A DNA stretch of 64,000 nucleotides from Candidatus Woesebacteria bacterium (lineage in GTDB: Bacteria > Patescibacteriota > Microgenomatia > UBA8517), in NCBI GenBank assembly GCA_016700095.1, contig CP065002.1, forward strand, positions 368,463 through 432,462. Reading direction: 5' to 3'. Under the pieces are notes generated by a model. That model saw nothing but the letters and a program-made list of their open reading frames with translations, was not told the origin of the DNA and did not search any database. Shown piece by piece: positions 62,621 through 64,000 of this stretch (position 1 is the stretch's first letter; every line of letters begins with the position of its first letter). The translations under genes were made by a program, and so were the position numbers.

Positions 62621-62726
62621 TGGTAGTTGGTAGATGGTAGATAGTAGATGGTAGTAGATAGTAGATGGTAGATGGTAGATGGTAGATGGTAGATGGTAGA
62701 TAGTAGATGGTAGATGGTAGGTAGGT
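62621..62726. repeat. Imperfect heptanucleotide microsatellite (TGGTAGA/TAGTAGA)n, about 15 units
   Basis: tggtagttggtagatggtagatagtagatggtagtagatagtagatggtagatggtagatggtagatggtagatagtagatggtagatggtaggtagg. It begins 6 nt after the stop of 61743..62615 and ends 40 nt before the ATG of 62767. Confidence 0.9.
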
Positions 62727-62766
62727 TCAAGTATTAAGTAATTAGTCCTTAGTCATTTGCAAATTT

Positions 62767-63657
62767 ATGAAAATTTTAATCGCAGGATTAGTTAATAATT
62801 CACAACTAACACGTCTTCAGGAAGAAGGGGAAAAACGCGGTCATCAAGTTGATGGATGTTATTCTACTGACTTAATACTTAATGCGCAAAACGACGAATT
62901 CAAAGTTCATTTAATCGGTAAAAATATTACTTCGTATGACCTTATCTATTTGTGGGCGGTAAGCAAGCGTCGCTGGGAATGGTACACGGCTTGTTATTAT
63001 TTATCTCAACAGGGAAAAAAAGTAATAAACGCCAAAGTGGTTGATCCTTCCTATATATACTATCTTTCACCAGCGATGGATTATCTGAGGCAAACAGAGA
63101 ATGCTATTCCCTTTCCCAAATCAGCAATTTTATTGACGGAATCTGCGGTTGATGAGATTGCGGGACAGTTCGAATTTCCCGTTATAGTAAAAACCGCTTC
63201 AGGCAGGCAGGGGAAAGGTGTGTTTAAAGCAGACTCTCCTGAAAAAGTAAAAGAAATTATCGGCAATCTAAAAAACGTGTCGATGTCGTTTGTTGTTCGG
63301 GAATTCATTCCAAACGATGGAGATATACGTGTTTTTACAATTGGATACAAAGCACTTGGAGCAATGAAGCGAACACCACAGAAGGCGGGGGAATTTCGAA
63401 GTAATATAAGCCAGGGAGGAATTGGAACTAAGTTTAACCTGGATAATTACCCGGAAATAAGATTATTGGCCGAGAAGTTAAGTAAAGTAACCAAGACAGA
63501 AATTGCAGGTGTCGACATCATGTTGCATCAAAACAGTCAAAAACCGTATGTACTTGAAATTAATCCTGGTCCGCAGTTTAGTGGATTTGAAAAGTATACA
63601 AACATAAATGCAGCAGAAGAAATTATTAAGTATTTTGAAGAGATTGTAGCAAAGTAA
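62767..63657 (+). CDS. RimK-like ATP-grasp ligase, paralog 2
   Basis: FEFPVIVKTASGRQGKGVFKA...DIRVFTIGYKALGAMKRTPQKAGEFRSNISQGG...VDIMLHQNSQKPYVLEINPGPQF. Confidence 0.75.
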   Translation: MKILIAGLVNNSQLTRLQEEGEKRGHQVDGCYSTDLILNAQNDEFKVHLIGKNITSYDLIYLWAVSKRRWEWYTACYYLSQQGKKVINAKVVDPSYIYYLSPAMDYLRQTENAIPFPKSAILLTESAVDEIAGQFEFPVIVKTASGRQGKGVFKADSPEKVKEIIGNLKNVSMSFVVREFIPNDGDIRVFTIGYKALGAMKRTPQKAGEFRSNISQGGIGTKFNLDNYPEIRLLAEKLSKVTKTEIAGVDIMLHQNSQKPYVLEINPGPQFSGFEKYTNINAAEEIIKYFEEIVAK

Positions 63658-63661
63658 GTAA

Positions 63662-63711
63662 TTCCAACCCCGGGGGTTGGAATAGCCTCAAAACAACCCC
63701 GGGGGTTGGAA
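63662..63711. repeat. REP-B element (ttccaaccccgggggttggaa + tagcctcaaaa + caaccccgggggttggaa)
   Basis: 49/50 identical to the element at 39209..39258. Starts 5 nt after the stop of 62767..63657 and lies 54 nt upstream of a Y1 transposase start. Confidence 0.85.
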
Positions 63712-63764
63712 GTGAGAAAATTCTTCATATTGGTGATTTGTTTTGCGTGATATATTATTTATTT

Positions 63765-64000
63765 ATGCCAAAGAGACAACAGCCGTTGGTAAGCGGTTAT
63801 TATTATCATGTCTTTAATCGTGAACCCAACAGAAAGGTTACGTTCACTTCGCCAGATGAGTATGAGCGTGCAAAAATAACACTCTGGTATTATCAATTTC
63901 AACATCTACCTGTTTGTCTTTCTACGCTTTTGAATAAAATGCCTGATTGTGACAGAAAACGAATTACAAACGAGCTAAATATTAAAGACGAAAGAAAAGT
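63765..64000 (+). CDS. Second Y1 HUH (IS200/RAYT-like) transposase, 5' part only (runs off the window end)
   Basis: Hand translation MPKRQQPLVSGYYYHVFNREPNRKVTFTSPDEYERAKITL... parallels MPRRNVVKVYADHSYYHVYNRGVEKRSIFLDPSDYKKF of 32733..33380. Confidence 0.6.
   Translation, partial: MPKRQQPLVSGYYYHVFNREPNRKVTFTSPDEYERAKITLWYYQFQHLPVCLSTLLNKMPDCDRKRITNELNIKDERK

Overview
This window comes from a low-GC bacterial genome, with about 33-40% GC in housekeeping genes. The gene content looks like a small-genome, Gram-positive-like lineage and may be a CPR/Patescibacteria-type organism; that is inference only. The recognisable housekeeping genes are an F-type ATP synthase b-delta-alpha-gamma-beta-epsilon block, iPGM, LeuS, ArgS, ComEA/ComEC, MreB, NDK, an M16 peptidase, RsmI, and an LPxAG sortase-substrate-like protein. 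There are also many large secreted proteins.

The window opens inside one giant minus-strand gene covering 1..8910. It is at least 2970 aa and its 3' end runs off the window. Its start encodes an HTH_17/excisionase-like DNA-binding motif, then a single TM helix, then an extracellular region rich in G/T/S/D/N. That region is built from a recurring 954-bp (318-aa) module, with three tandem copies and two dispersed copies. All plus-strand ORFs offered for 353..8659 are frame shadows of this gene.

The accessory features are:
- Two families of hairpin REP-like palindromes, each next to a Y1 HUH (IS200/RAYT-like) transposase gene. The first is a complete REPtron at 32705..33474. The second transposase gene is truncated at the window end (63765..64000).
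- REP doublets sit immediately 3' of the two tRNA genes found by hand, tRNA-Pro(CGG) and tRNA-Arg(CCU), both on the minus strand.
- A carotenoid-type cluster: crtI, crtB, a UbiA prenyltransferase and a GT2 glycosyltransferase.
- A REP-bracketed, higher-GC island lying between the two tRNA genes (which are 5 kb apart), carrying a tandem pair of novel tail-anchored paralogs.
- A triad of ATP-grasp ligases, one fused to a retropepsin-like domain. An imperfect heptanucleotide microsatellite sits in the promoter gap between two of them.
- A split comEC.
- An ATP synthase operon lacking the a and c subunit genes.

No CRISPR array or rRNA is present. Everything was done by eye; no database searches were run. 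Family assignments rest on recognisable motifs and are marked with confidence.
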